The position numbers and the translations under genes are program-made. From positions 1-49,151 of IMG/VR virus record IMGVR_UViG_3300037440_000532: a stretch of DNA of 49,151 nucleotides, one strand, 5' to 3'. Below, piece by piece: positions 26,633 to 36,049 of the stretch. Origin of the DNA: a virus (Duplodnaviria; Caudoviricetes). The first letter of the stretch is position 1; each line of letters starts with the position of its first letter. The notes under the pieces are model-generated. The model saw only the letters and a program-made list of their open reading frames with translations, was not told where the DNA came from and did no database searches.

Positions 26633-28695
26633 CAGTCCTTCATCTCGGCGGTCCGGATGACCTTGCCGTCCTTGTCTTTTATCTCGAACGTCTTTTTGTT
26701 CTTGTTCTTCGTAGCGTGGAGATGGATATCCGGCTGGTTCACCGTGACCGAAGCGGGCGCGATGTCGACCTTGTTCTCGATCTGCGCCGGCGGGGTGTTT
26801 ACCGTGACCGGTGCGTTCACGGTGACGGGCTGCTCGGGAACATGGACGTCCATCTTGTTGTCGATCTTCACCTCGGGAGTGGTTACATTGATCACTGCCG
26901 GGGCCACGGTGACGGCGGCGGGAGCGGATGGCTCAACGGTCGTGTAGTTTTCGACCTTCATTGCCGGGGTATGCACCGTGACCGCGGCAGGCTGTATGGT
27001 GTTCTCCACCTTCGTCTCCGGGGTGTTCACCGTGACGGAGGACGGGTTTACCGTGACCGGGCTGTTGACCGTGACGTTGCCTTCGGGCATGTTGTTGTGG
27101 ATGTCTATCTTTTGTTCCTTGGGAGCAAAAGCCTTCATGGTGTCCAGGAATGCGTTCTGGAGTTTGATGAAGTCTCCGGCCAGCTCCTGTATCTTCTTTT
27201 CCGGGTCCTGCTTCTTTTTGGGGTCGTCGCCCTCGGGCTGCGGTGCGGGTTTTTCCGCAGGCTTGATCGTGAGGTCGATGCCGTACTTCTTTGCCAAAGC
27301 CTCGTCTGCGGCGATCTGGATCAAAAGCTCCTCGTAGTCCTCTCCGTCCTCTGCGGCAACCTTTGAACGGGAGGTGAGCTTCTTCTCGATCGCCGTGATC
27401 CGGGCGTTCACATCCTTCTCCGGATCGACCCAGGCCCAGACGCGCGGCTGCCACTTGGGCGAGCCGAACTTTTCGAGCTTCGAAACGGGAATGCCGGGAA
27501 TATTGCCGACCAAAAGCTGCATCCGGAGCCAGCGCTTGAAGATCTCCTGCTTGTAGTTCTGGATCATCCAGCCCTGTATCACTTTCCAGCAGTCGCGCTC
27601 CTCGAGCACGCCCGCGCGGATGCTGGAGTAGTTCACGCCTTCCAGGTCCGAGGCGAGCGAGTTGTAGGAAACGAGCAGACCCGAGGCGATCCCCCGAAGG
27701 GAGGACTTCATGAACGGCCCAAACTGCTCTGTGGGGTAGCCGGGGTCAAAGGGCTTGAAGGTATAGCCCTTGGGGCCCTTTACAAAGATGCCCGCCTCCA
27801 TGTCCATGATCGGCGTACCGTCGGTGTCTTTTGCGTCCTCCCCGGGATTGACGGCAGGGTCTGCGTCCTCGTCTCGCTCCCAGATGCCCATGGTGCTGGC
27901 GCCGAGCCGGGACTTCATGATGGCGGCTTCTTCGTAGGCGCCGATGTTGTTCAGCCGGGTCATTGCGCTGTGCATCCAGGGCACGCCGCGGGGCTGGTTG
28001 AACCGATCGATGATGAAGGGGTGGATGATCTCTTCCGCGGGGATGCGGGTATAGTGCCTGCTGTTCCAGGACCAGACGGAGTCCCCGGGGTGGTCTGCCA
28101 GGACGTAATAGGCAACGGGACGGAACCAGGGATCGAACTCCTTGCCCATGCGGATGTTGTTGCCGTTCGGCAGCCGGGGCACGTTCAGGGTCTCGTCCAG
28201 ATGGTCGGCTTCCAGGAACTGGACCGCGCAGTTGAAATCGTTGTCTATCCCCTCTATCCAGCGGATGAGATGCTCGCCGTCGCGGGCTATGGTCTGGACC
28301 GAGAGCCGGTCCGCATCTGCCCCGGAAAGCTGGCCGGTCATCTCGAAGTTGCCCTTCTTGTTGAAGGCCTCCCACTTGGCCTCTACCTGGTCGTTGCCGT
28401 ATTTGTCGAGGGTGCCGTCGGGGAACTTTGCCTTGGACTGCATGCCGATGCCGGTGGGGCCTGCCACGTTCACGCCGACCATGCTGATGAACCGGCGGGC
28501 GTAGTCGTTGTTCATGACGAGGTTGCGGGACCGGGCGCGCATGTTCGTGAGGCTGGACCGGAGCACCGTGGTCGGGCTCATGATGGCCGTGGGCCAGTCC
28601 GCGGTCAGGCGGTTGACGTCGCCTGCGGCATAGTTCCGGACATCCCTGCCGCGAAGCGCTGCCCATGCTTTTTTTATCCTGGCGGTGGCTGTCAT
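26632..28695 (-). CDS. Portal protein, lambda family, with long C-terminal repeat extension
   Basis: RARSRNLVMNN, QPRGVPW, NYSSIRAG and WVDPEKD motifs. Confidence 0.93.
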   Translation of the reverse strand: MTATARIKKAWAALRGRDVRNYAAGDVNRLTADWPTAIMSPTTVLRSSLTNMRARSRNLVMNNDYARRFISMVGVNVAGPTGIGMQSKAKFPDGTLDKYGNDQVEAKWEAFNKKGNFEMTGQLSGADADRLSVQTIARDGEHLIRWIEGIDNDFNCAVQFLEADHLDETLNVPRLPNGNNIRMGKEFDPWFRPVAYYVLADHPGDSVWSWNSRHYTRIPAEEIIHPFIIDRFNQPRGVPWMHSAMTRLNNIGAYEEAAIMKSRLGASTMGIWERDEDADPAVNPGEDAKDTDGTPIMDMEAGIFVKGPKGYTFKPFDPGYPTEQFGPFMKSSLRGIASGLLVSYNSLASDLEGVNYSSIRAGVLEERDCWKVIQGWMIQNYKQEIFKRWLRMQLLVGNIPGIPVSKLEKFGSPKWQPRVWAWVDPEKDVNARITAIEKKLTSRSKVAAEDGEDYEELLIQIAADEALAKKYGIDLTIKPAEKPAPQPEGDDPKKKQDPEKKIQELAGDFIKLQNAFLDTMKAFAPKEQKIDIHNNMPEGNVTVNSPVTVNPSSVTVNTPETKVENTIQPAAVTVHTPAMKVENYTTVEPSAPAAVTVAPAVINVTTPEVKIDNKMDVHVPEQPVTVNAPVTVNTPPAQIENKVDIAPASVTVNQPDIHLHATKNKNKKTFEIKDKDGKVIRTAEMKD

Positions 28696-29249
28696 ACCGA
28701 CTTGAACCTCACGCGGATCTTGCTGTTGGTGGACTTGCCCTGAAGCCTGTTTTCGGCATCGATCTCGGATTGATATTCGGAGCGGTACTTATCGCGCCAT
28801 TTGACGAGCTTCTCGCGGTCGCGGGAAAGGCTGACGCCGCCCAGGCTCTTGCTGACCAGGTCCAGGTCCTTTGACGTGGCGCTGCCGGAGAGGATCGACT
28901 CGATGGCATCCACCATGGTCTTGGCAAAGGACTTGCCTGCTGCGGTCTTGACGGTGAGAAAGCCGGTGCCTATGAACCACTTCTCCGCAGTCGCGCCCGC
29001 GCCTGCTTCCGCATAGGCTGTCCAGGTGTAAATGCCGTAGATCCAGGCCGCGGACGTGGCAGAGGTGACGCTTATCTTATGATCAAGGGTGTTGTAGGCT
29101 GCGGCCGTCAGGGTGATGCTGGCCGGGCCTGTGAGGTAATATTTGAGGGCGTAGCTGGTGGCCGGGTAGTCGGAGAGGCTCCTGGTCCACTCGACGGTCT
29201 GTCCGGCGTAGACGAGCTCCGGCTCGGTGGTCGGAGTGTCAACGGGCAT
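28692..29249 (-). CDS. Head completion protein (gpW-like C-terminus)
   Basis: Directly before the portal gene, ending LVKWRDKYRSE...IRVRF. Confidence 0.65.
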   Translation of the reverse strand: MPVDTPTTEPELVYAGQTVEWTRSLSDYPATSYALKYYLTGPASITLTAAAYNTLDHKISVTSATSAAWIYGIYTWTAYAEAGAGATAEKWFIGTGFLTVKTAAGKSFAKTMVDAIESILSGSATSKDLDLVSKSLGGVSLSRDREKLVKWRDKYRSEYQSEIDAENRLQGKSTNSKIRVRFKSV

Positions 29250-29441
29250 GCCGCCTCCTTGCGTGGAGGCACAAAGAATGGGGCGCGGGGGATGAGGCCG
29301 CGCCCCGAGTGCAGGGGGAGGATGGAGCGATGGAAAGAGAGATTAGCTCGTTTGTGTAGCTCACGAGCCGGAGAATATCAGAGAGGGCTACTAAATATCA
29401 GACACGTTAGAGCATATTAGGGTATGATATGCACTTTAAAT

Positions 29442-29660
29442 TTATGTTTTTATCGAAAAAGACTCGATATGGGCAATGACCGAGCTCTTGTATACCCGGA
29501 CCGGACGTTTGCCGGGGCCGTTGGGGTAGTAGCAGATGAAGTACCCCTCGGCGATCAGGTTGTATACCTCGCGGACGGACAAGGCCATCAGCTCCGAGAC
29601 CTGGCGCGGGTTCATGAGCTTGTCGTCCTTCTGCATCTTTGGCTTTTCCGGTCCTGGCAT
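29442..29660 (-). CDS. HTH DNA-binding protein (Xis/HTH_17-like), possible late regulator
   Basis: LMNPRQVSELMALSVREVYNLIAEG...VRV. Confidence 0.75.
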   Translation of the reverse strand: MPGPEKPKMQKDDKLMNPRQVSELMALSVREVYNLIAEGYFICYYPNGPGKRPVRVYKSSVIAHIESFSIKT

Positions 29661-29673
29661 ATGGGGCCTCCTG

Positions 29674-30000
29674 TTACGATTTAAACAATACTCCCAACTT
29701 TTTAGCAACAATGGAACGCATATCAGCGAGGTGCCTTTCCGTCGCCGCAAGAGACCCGGCGCTGCCAGATCCTTCTGTGGGCCTCAAGCCACATAGCCAA
29801 AGCTCATCCATTAATTGCTGCGCAACGTCATTTTCTAATTGCAGCATAGGCTCTATGCTCGCATGAGGAGCGACCTGGTGCATAGTGATCGTAGCATATG
29901 ATCTTTCATATCCGTTTTCATCAGACTGTACCATTGCTATTTCAATGTCATCACGCCATGGGACTCTTCGCGCCATTACCCGTGTCTTCAATTTATTCAC
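29674..30000 (-). CDS. Hypothetical phage protein
   Basis: AQQLMDELW..GLRP...ATERHLADMR, a motif familiar from phage hypotheticals. Confidence 0.7.
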   Translation of the reverse strand: MNKLKTRVMARRVPWRDDIEIAMVQSDENGYERSYATITMHQVAPHASIEPMLQLENDVAQQLMDELWLCGLRPTEGSGSAGSLAATERHLADMRSIVAKKLGVLFKS

Positions 30001-30137
30001 CTCCCCTTAATGAGCATCCACGCCAGCCTGATCCGCTGCCGGAGCGGCCACTTCATGAACGCCCGGAATATCTCTACCGCATCGCCCTGCGCTTGTTTTA
30101 CTGCTCTTTTGATCCGCTTCTCCTGTTTTCCGCTCAT
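29997..30137 (-). CDS. Small basic hypothetical protein
   Basis: SD AGGAGG, MSGKQEKRIKR..., coupled to neighbours. Confidence 0.6.
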   Translation of the reverse strand: MSGKQEKRIKRAVKQAQGDAVEIFRAFMKWPLRQRIRLAWMLIKGR

Positions 30138-30138
30138 G

Positions 30139-32193
30139 TTACCTCCTGTTTTTCCAGCCATGCACCCAGTTGCTGCGGGGCTTCTGTCGCTGCTTTGGGG
30201 GTGTCTCTTGTTGTTCTTCTGCCGGCTCTCGCTCCTCAGCTTTCGTTTCTTCCTTATGCCTCCGCTCCCATGCCTTTTTGAACGCCGCGACATAGGGCGC
30301 GGGATTCTCGCCGGAGCTTTCGAACGCGGCGAGGGCGCCGACGCACATGTCGAGTGCCTCGTTGCGCACGCCCGGCCGGGCCTCTACGTAGACGCGGAGC
30401 TTGCCCTTCCACTCCGGACGCTCCGACGTGAGGAGCTGCTTGAAGTACTCTTCGTCGTAGTTCTGGTTGAAGTGCATATACCCGGGCGCCGGATCGTGCA
30501 CCCCCTGCTCTATCAGCTCGGCCTCTGCTGTCATGCCTGCGACGCGGAGATCGCGGGCCTGGGTGACGTAGGCGGGCGGGTCTTTGAGCGCGTTTCCGAG
30601 GACTCGCTCTTTGCCCTCGTTCGGGCCGATGGGAAAATACTTGCACTTGTTGGCCTTGTCTTCCCTGGGCCGGAGCGTTACGAGCGGGGCGCGTGACGTT
30701 ACGTCGCTCATGCCTTTGGCTGGCCAGACCTGTGGGCGTTTGCCCCGGCAGAACTTGAGGACGACGCTCTGGAGATAACCCATGTCCACGAACAAACGGG
30801 CTATGTGGCATTTTTCGCCGCTCTCGTGCTCCCATGTTTTGAACCGGTATTTTTCCAGCTCTTCCCAGACCTGGCTGAGATTGCCGCCGTAAAGCAGTGA
30901 CGTTTCTCCCCAGAAGATCTTGTGCTCCATTCCCCAGCGCTCGCCCAGGGGACCGAAGCCCCAGACGTCTACCTCTATGCGGTCCTTCTGCACGTCGGCA
31001 AAGGCGAACAGGCGATGGTAGGCTCCGAGCGGGACCCTGGTGTAGTGCTCGCAGCGCTTGAGGTAGGGAGAAGTGACCTCTTTGGAATCGACCTCCATGT
31101 CGGGGGTCCAGGGCAGGCCCATCCACTCGTTGACGAACTCCTTCTTGGTATGCTTCTGCCGGGACTTCTGGATCCAGGCCTCGGCGTATTTCTTGAGCGT
31201 GACCCAGGGGGACAGGAACGGCAGGTAGTACCCGAAGCCTGCGTGGCCGTTGAACGGCTGAGAGGCGATCCACTTGCCGCGGGACCGCATGCTGGGCAGG
31301 TGCATCTGCCGGATCTGCTTTATGGCGCACTTTGGGTTTTCGCATTCGAGCCATACGTCGTTTACGATCTCGGAGGTGGAACTGGAGCGGGTGTACTTTA
31401 CCTGATCGTGCCGGAAGTTCTGCAGATGTCCGCAGAAGGGGCACGGCAGATAGGGCTTGCGCTGGTCGCTCTGGAGGTACTTGGTATAGATCCTGCTGGT
31501 GACGCCGGCCTCGGGATCGTGCTCCAGCGGGGTTGAGAGGTTGACGATCTTCGCTCGGGTGAGAAAGGTGGATGTGCGGTTGTCGGCGAGGCCGTCGGGG
31601 TCTCCGGACTTGAGCATTTTCCACTTGTCGAGCTCGTCCTTGAAAATGATGCGCACGGGCCGGGAGGAGAGATCCCCGGCGCTGCCGGAGTTGCCTGTGT
31701 TGAGCTGGCCGCCGGCGAATTTTTTATAATCTACTTTGTTGTTGGTGCTGGGTCCGTGCTCTACATCGAGCTTGGTGCGCAGGCATGGGGTTGCCATGAC
31801 CATGGGCATGAACCGTTCGCGGGACCAGGCCTCTTCCTTGGCCTCGTTCTCGAAAATGGCGAGCATGGGCGACGGGTCCTGATCGATGAAATAGCCCACG
31901 GGATTGTTGACGAGGCTCTCGGTGCCGCCGATCTGCGCGGGCTTCATGAACGAGGTCTCGCGCACGAAGGGCTCGGAGATGCAGTCGGCTATCTCGCGCA
32001 GGAGCGGGTTCCGGGACGTGCGCCACTGGCCGGGCTCGGCGTTGTTGTCGCCGGACAGGATGCGGTTTTCATCCGCCCACTCCGAGATGGTGAGGTCCGG
32101 AGGCGGGGTCTTGACCTGCCGGGCCTGGGCGATGATCTCTTCGGCGCTGGCCAGGAGATGAGAATTTTCTATATCGGTGCTGTAGGCGATCAT
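30139..32193 (-). CDS. terL: Terminase large subunit (GpA family)
   Basis: ISEWADENR, EPGQW, KPAQIGGTE, FKDELD, STP, SDQR, CPFCG, DVQKDR and RNEALD motifs. Confidence 0.95.
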   Translation of the reverse strand: MIAYSTDIENSHLLASAEEIIAQARQVKTPPPDLTISEWADENRILSGDNNAEPGQWRTSRNPLLREIADCISEPFVRETSFMKPAQIGGTESLVNNPVGYFIDQDPSPMLAIFENEAKEEAWSRERFMPMVMATPCLRTKLDVEHGPSTNNKVDYKKFAGGQLNTGNSGSAGDLSSRPVRIIFKDELDKWKMLKSGDPDGLADNRTSTFLTRAKIVNLSTPLEHDPEAGVTSRIYTKYLQSDQRKPYLPCPFCGHLQNFRHDQVKYTRSSSTSEIVNDVWLECENPKCAIKQIRQMHLPSMRSRGKWIASQPFNGHAGFGYYLPFLSPWVTLKKYAEAWIQKSRQKHTKKEFVNEWMGLPWTPDMEVDSKEVTSPYLKRCEHYTRVPLGAYHRLFAFADVQKDRIEVDVWGFGPLGERWGMEHKIFWGETSLLYGGNLSQVWEELEKYRFKTWEHESGEKCHIARLFVDMGYLQSVVLKFCRGKRPQVWPAKGMSDVTSRAPLVTLRPREDKANKCKYFPIGPNEGKERVLGNALKDPPAYVTQARDLRVAGMTAEAELIEQGVHDPAPGYMHFNQNYDEEYFKQLLTSERPEWKGKLRVYVEARPGVRNEALDMCVGALAAFESSGENPAPYVAAFKKAWERRHKEETKAEEREPAEEQQETPPKQRQKPRSNWVHGWKNRR

Positions 32194-32984
32194 TTCTTTT
32201 TGCGCTTGCCTTTATTCTTTTTCTCGGGGTTGCCGCTTGGCTGCGGCGCGGCGTTCCTGACCACGGCGAGGATCGCTTCCCAGCTGGAGAACTCCTTGAG
32301 ATGGCGGCGCGCCCAGTCGTTGAGCTTTACCTCGGCCTCGGTGCCGGATACCATGTCCATCTCGGGGCCGAGCTTCTTGGGCATGTTGAGCACGGCGTTT
32401 CGCTCTGCCGCCTCGATGGCCTCGTATGTCTGCCGGACTCGCTGGGCATTGACCAGGCACCCCAGGCGCTCGGCAAGCTTTGCCTCCCGGTCCTGGCGCT
32501 TGACGCGGAGCTCTTTGACCTTCTCGTCGTTGTAGGCGTCGGTCTGGCCGTTCTCTGCTTCCTTCCAGGCCTTGCGCAAGGTGGCGCAGGATGCGAGGGT
32601 GTCGTACTGGCCGCGGCCGGTACGGACGAGCACGCCCTTCTCGGCATCGAGCTGTACGGTGCGGGGATCGACGCCCAGAACCTCTGCCATGACCTCGACA
32701 GGCACGATGCTGGACTCGAGGACCTCCTGGGGGGCGGATCCGAGGGCTATGGCTCCGGGGGCGTCTTTCTCGCGCAGCAGGACCTCGGCCTGCTCCTGGG
32801 TGCAGGGTACGAAGAACAGGACGCCGTAGTTGCCGATCCGGGCCATCATGGCGTTGATGTACGGGTCCTGGTACTTCTTCGGCGTGGCAAAGGTGAAGGT
32901 GAACTCGTCGCTTGCCTTCTTGAACCCGGGGGCGTCGAAGGTGACCGGGAGCTTTACCCATTCAATATTTTTTTTATCGGTCAT
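32190..32984 (-). CDS. terS: Terminase small subunit (Nu1-like)
   Basis: wHTH (MAEVLGVDPRTVQ...GRGQYD) plus coiled coil, overlapping terL. Confidence 0.8.
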   Translation of the reverse strand: MTDKKNIEWVKLPVTFDAPGFKKASDEFTFTFATPKKYQDPYINAMMARIGNYGVLFFVPCTQEQAEVLLREKDAPGAIALGSAPQEVLESSIVPVEVMAEVLGVDPRTVQLDAEKGVLVRTGRGQYDTLASCATLRKAWKEAENGQTDAYNDEKVKELRVKRQDREAKLAERLGCLVNAQRVRQTYEAIEAAERNAVLNMPKKLGPEMDMVSGTEAEVKLNDWARRHLKEFSSWEAILAVVRNAAPQPSGNPEKKNKGKRKKK

Positions 32985-33003
32985 AGGTTCACGTTAAAGA
33001 CGG

Positions 33004-33258
33004 TTATCGTTCTATTCTCGTATCTACGTGAGTATCGTATAGTTTGATCCATCCGAATGTTGCCCTGTTTAAAAAAATGCTTACTCGGTTGAGCACACGC
33101 ATCAGACGAAATACACTCAAATCGTGGTCTGAAATTATTATTCCCTTTCGGCACTTTGGGCATGGCTGGTTGTACCAAATTTTTAAACTTTCAATTGACG
33201 GTATGTATATCGGAATGCACCAATCGCAAAAGTCACATTTTACATGTAGATCTCTCAT
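33004..33258 (-). CDS. Zn-ribbon hypothetical protein
   Basis: CDFC...CPKC, AT-rich. Confidence 0.65.
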   Translation of the reverse strand: MRDLHVKCDFCDWCIPIYIPSIESLKIWYNQPCPKCRKGIIISDHDLSVFRLMRVLNRVSIFLNRATFGWIKLYDTHVDTRIER

Positions 33259-33264
33259 CGGTAG

Positions 33265-33303
33265 GCTCCCTTGCTAGACAGTGAAAAACATCTTCCGGAT
33301 CGG
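33265..33303. repeat. 39-bp direct repeat, copy A (38/39 identical to 33850-33888)
   Basis: GCTCCCTTGCTAGACAGTGAAAAACATCTTCCG[G/T]ATCGG. Confidence 0.9.
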
Positions 33304-33305
33304 TT

Positions 33306-33818
33306 TTACTTTTTAGCCGGGCTCCCCTTTGGCGCGCAGGCCTTGCAATAGTGGGGGTAATAGAGAAAATGGTCCGGTAAGGGCTCGTATTTGATGATCT
33401 GTTCGGGATCGCTGCAGTTCCATTTCATCCAATGAAAGGTCTTATGCTCCTCCGGCGTTTCACGGATTTCGGGTTTGCCTTTGATGGCAGCATGGGTCTT
33501 TACCGCACAGCCGCAGGTTTTGCAGGTTACGAGGTCGTCGGGTGCCTGCCAGGAGCATGCCTGCCGGAAAGCAGGCCACGAAAGCGATGTCGCCCTGGGT
33601 TCCGAGCGCGCGGCTACGGGCCGCGCTTCGATGGCTTTTACGCGGCGATTAATATCGTTCAGTCTCTGGTCGTTCAGCTCGGCCGCCGCCCACATTTGGC
33701 GATTAAAATCATCGATCCATCGATCGGACCGGAAGTCGGACAAGTTCCATGCCGGTCTGTATTTTACTTCGGTTAGCTTTTGCAGCCAGCAGGCGAATCT
33801 GTTGATGAGCTTTTTCAT
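33306..33818 (-). CDS. Hypothetical protein (CxxC...CxxC)
   Basis: SD AAGGAG, lies between the 39-bp repeats. Confidence 0.7.
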   Translation of the reverse strand: MKKLINRFACWLQKLTEVKYRPAWNLSDFRSDRWIDDFNRQMWAAAELNDQRLNDINRRVKAIEARPVAARSEPRATSLSWPAFRQACSWQAPDDLVTCKTCGCAVKTHAAIKGKPEIRETPEEHKTFHWMKWNCSDPEQIIKYEPLPDHFLYYPHYCKACAPKGSPAKK

Positions 33819-33849
33819 ATGATGTCTCCTTTGATTTTATTAACTCAGC

Positions 33850-33888
33850 GCTCCCTTGCTAGACAGTGAAAAACATCTTCCGTATCGG
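33850..33888. repeat. 39-bp direct repeat, copy B
   Basis: Overlaps the 3' end of ORF 33859-34068. Confidence 0.9.
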
Positions 33889-34068
33889 CCGCCAGAGAAC
33901 GAACGCGGCGGCCCTGAGCATGTCACAGACTATACAGCCGGTGGCGTACCAGCCCGGGCAGCGTCCGATCCTGCCGGGCGCGGTGCAGACCTTATGCCTG
34001 CCTGATGGCGACTCTTGCCGGTTGAGGCAGATCCCGGTTGCAGTGGCGATGTGCGTTCGTCGGGTCAT
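33859..34068 (-). CDS. Small Cys-rich hypothetical protein
   Basis: ATGA coupling with the upstream gene. Confidence 0.55.
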   Translation of the reverse strand: MTRRTHIATATGICLNRQESPSGRHKVCTAPGRIGRCPGWYATGCIVCDMLRAAAFVLWRPIRKMFFTV

Positions 34069-34346
34069 TGTGCCGGCCCTCCTCCCAGGGGAAGTGCGTG
34101 GCTCTTTCGGATCTTGAAGCTGCCGGCCTTTTTTGGCTCTACCTCGTAGACCTGGCCGTAGGACACGCAGACAGGTACGCCGCCCTGAATGTAGTCATTG
34201 ATCCAGTTCTGGCGGGAAAGGCGGTGCTGCACTTCCATGCCCCCATCGACCATGCCCTTGACATAGGTGCCGTATGATACGAGGGCGCCTATGATGCTGA
34301 GGAGCGCAAATATTATAGCGATGAGGATCAGATTCGTTCTGGTCAT
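34065..34346 (-). CDS. Membrane-anchored hypothetical protein
   Basis: SD AGGAGG, N-terminal TM helix. Confidence 0.65.
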   Translation of the reverse strand: MTRTNLILIAIIFALLSIIGALVSYGTYVKGMVDGGMEVQHRLSRQNWINDYIQGGVPVCVSYGQVYEVEPKKAGSFKIRKSHALPLGGGPAQ

Positions 34347-34354
34347 GTGACCTC

Positions 34355-34816
34355 CTAAAAGGGGATGTCGCCTTCCGAAACGTATGACGCATCAGGGAAT
34401 GTGTCCCTGACGTTGTCGGGCACGCCGCCCGTCTGTGCTCTGTCTTCTGTCTTCTGTGCTCTGCCTTCTGCCCCCTGCCCTCTGTCTCTTTTCGGCATAA
34501 AGGTGATGGTCTTGGTGAGGACGACGACCTTGCTGCGCTTTGCTCCGGTGTCCTTGTCGTCCCAGCGCTGCTGATCGAGGATGCCGGAGACGAGGAGTGA
34601 ATCGCCCTTGAAGACGTACTTCTCGACGTTGTCTGCATCGCGGCCGAAGCTGACGATGTCGATATAGCTGGTGTAGGTCTTCCACTCGTCGCCCTGCTTG
34701 TACCGGCGATTGACCGCCAGGGAATAGTTGGCGACCTTGGTTCCGCTGGGCGTGTAGCGAATCTGCGGGTCGGCGGTGAGGTTGCCCAGGAGCGTGGTGC
34801 TGTTGAAGGAGGACAT
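34355..34816 (-). CDS. ssb: Single-stranded DNA-binding protein
   Basis: LLGNLTADPQIRYTPSG...LAVNRR, C-terminal DIPF. Confidence 0.95.
   Translation of the reverse strand: MSSFNSTTLLGNLTADPQIRYTPSGTKVANYSLAVNRRYKQGDEWKTYTSYIDIVSFGRDADNVEKYVFKGDSLLVSGILDQQRWDDKDTGAKRSKVVVLTKTITFMPKRDRGQGAEGRAQKTEDRAQTGGVPDNVRDTFPDASYVSEGDIPF
34432..34487. repeat. Heptamer tandem repeats (TCTGTGC/TCTGTCT/TCTGCCT) in the ssb linker
   Basis: About 8 degenerate 7-mers encoding RGQGAEGRAQKTEDRAQT. Confidence 0.75.
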
Positions 34817-35013
34817 CAGCTGCCCCCTTTGGCAAGGCAGGAGCAATCTATGACCGCGACGTGCGGGGAAAGGGAGAGCCTGCACGAGTCCGCAAATCTA
34901 TGCTCGAGGCCGGATACGCGCCGGCGGAGTTCGGATACCTCGCTGTAGAGGGTGATGAGCTTATCCTGGGTGTTGAGCAGCTTTTTGCTGAGTTCTGCTT
35001 CTGATGGTGTCAT
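34816..35013 (-). CDS. Small coiled-coil hypothetical protein
   Basis: SD AGGAGG, coupled to ssb. Confidence 0.6.
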   Translation of the reverse strand: MTPSEAELSKKLLNTQDKLITLYSEVSELRRRVSGLEHRFADSCRLSLSPHVAVIDCSCLAKGGS

Positions 35014-35041
35014 GGGGTGTTCCTCCTTTGGTTTAAATGCT

Positions 35042-35072
35042 GTTGGGTTGCGCTTTGCTTAACCCAACCTAC
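35042..35072 (-). repeat. GTAG-family REP-like palindrome
   Basis: Minus strand GTAG-GTTGGGTT-AAGCAAAGCGC-AACCCAAC. Confidence 0.65.
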
Positions 35073-35096
35073 GGGGCTACGAAGCTTCGCGTCGAA

Positions 35097-35990
35097 TTAT
35101 CCAATCATCGTCCAGTTGGCCGCATCGATTCCCGCCTCCCGCAATGCGTTTTCTAAATTCCCAAACCGCTCCATCACGAGTGTGAGAGATGGAGTTCCGT
35201 TAAAATATTTCGGTAGTACCCGCCCCTTTTCTCTATAGATTTTTCTTATGCCAGAAACAATAAAAACATCTTTTGCCTGCATCCCCGCAAATGATACTTT
35301 CCGCATTGCCGTTTTTTTTCGGTGCGCATCGTAATTAATTTTTGATTCGTCAAAGTCTCCCGCCAGTTTTTCCTTAGCCTCGTTCTCTTTCATATCTGCT
35401 CGATATCCCAGATACGCGGTCAGTGTGCCAAATTTAAAACGTATTCGATCATAGAGCGGTCCGTCAAAGTTCCGAAGGTCGCGCTCTGTCGGCGTCTTCC
35501 CTACCTCCTGCGCTACGATGTCAAACCTATAATTCACCTGGTCGGGGCACAAGCCCCTTTCATTCAATGCCGCCAATGTATTTTTTGATTTCAAAGATGC
35601 CGCCGCCCTAACTATTGTTTGTTTAGTTTTGTTTGCTTTGATCCGAGCAACACAGAGCTTATTGTTATTCCTGCAACGTTCAATGTTCTGTGGCGTCGTT
35701 GCGGCCTCTTTCAATTTTTTTCTTATCTGCCTAGACAGCAATACATCTTTAAGACGCAACTCAAATTTATTTTTATATTCTGCAGACTTCATCCTGTGCT
35801 GCCATTGAACGTGTCGAGCTAGATCTTCATACCAATCCCCGCAAATGTGACACTGCAATCTACCATCAGTTGCGCGCTCTAAAATGACCCCCGGATAACC
35901 GTGCCCATCTACCAACTTTTTAAACGGAGGGTGCAATTTATAAAGATTGTACGATGCCGTGCCTTTTGGTAATTCAAAATCAATACTCAT
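35097..35990 (-). CDS. Ros/MucR-type zinc-finger protein with C-terminal helical DNA-binding-like repeats
   Basis: LQCHICGDWYEDLARHV...H.M...EYK.KFEL, then GKTPT...KFGTL and RFGNLENALREAG repeats. Visibly AT-richer than its flanks. Confidence 0.72.
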   Translation of the reverse strand: MSIDFELPKGTASYNLYKLHPPFKKLVDGHGYPGVILERATDGRLQCHICGDWYEDLARHVQWQHRMKSAEYKNKFELRLKDVLLSRQIRKKLKEAATTPQNIERCRNNNKLCVARIKANKTKQTIVRAAASLKSKNTLAALNERGLCPDQVNYRFDIVAQEVGKTPTERDLRNFDGPLYDRIRFKFGTLTAYLGYRADMKENEAKEKLAGDFDESKINYDAHRKKTAMRKVSFAGMQAKDVFIVSGIRKIYREKGRVLPKYFNGTPSLTLVMERFGNLENALREAGIDAANWTMIG

Positions 35991-36049
35991 AAAACCTCCT
36001 TGATTGAGGGACTAGTTATTCAACCGCACAATGGCGGACAATTCCTGTG

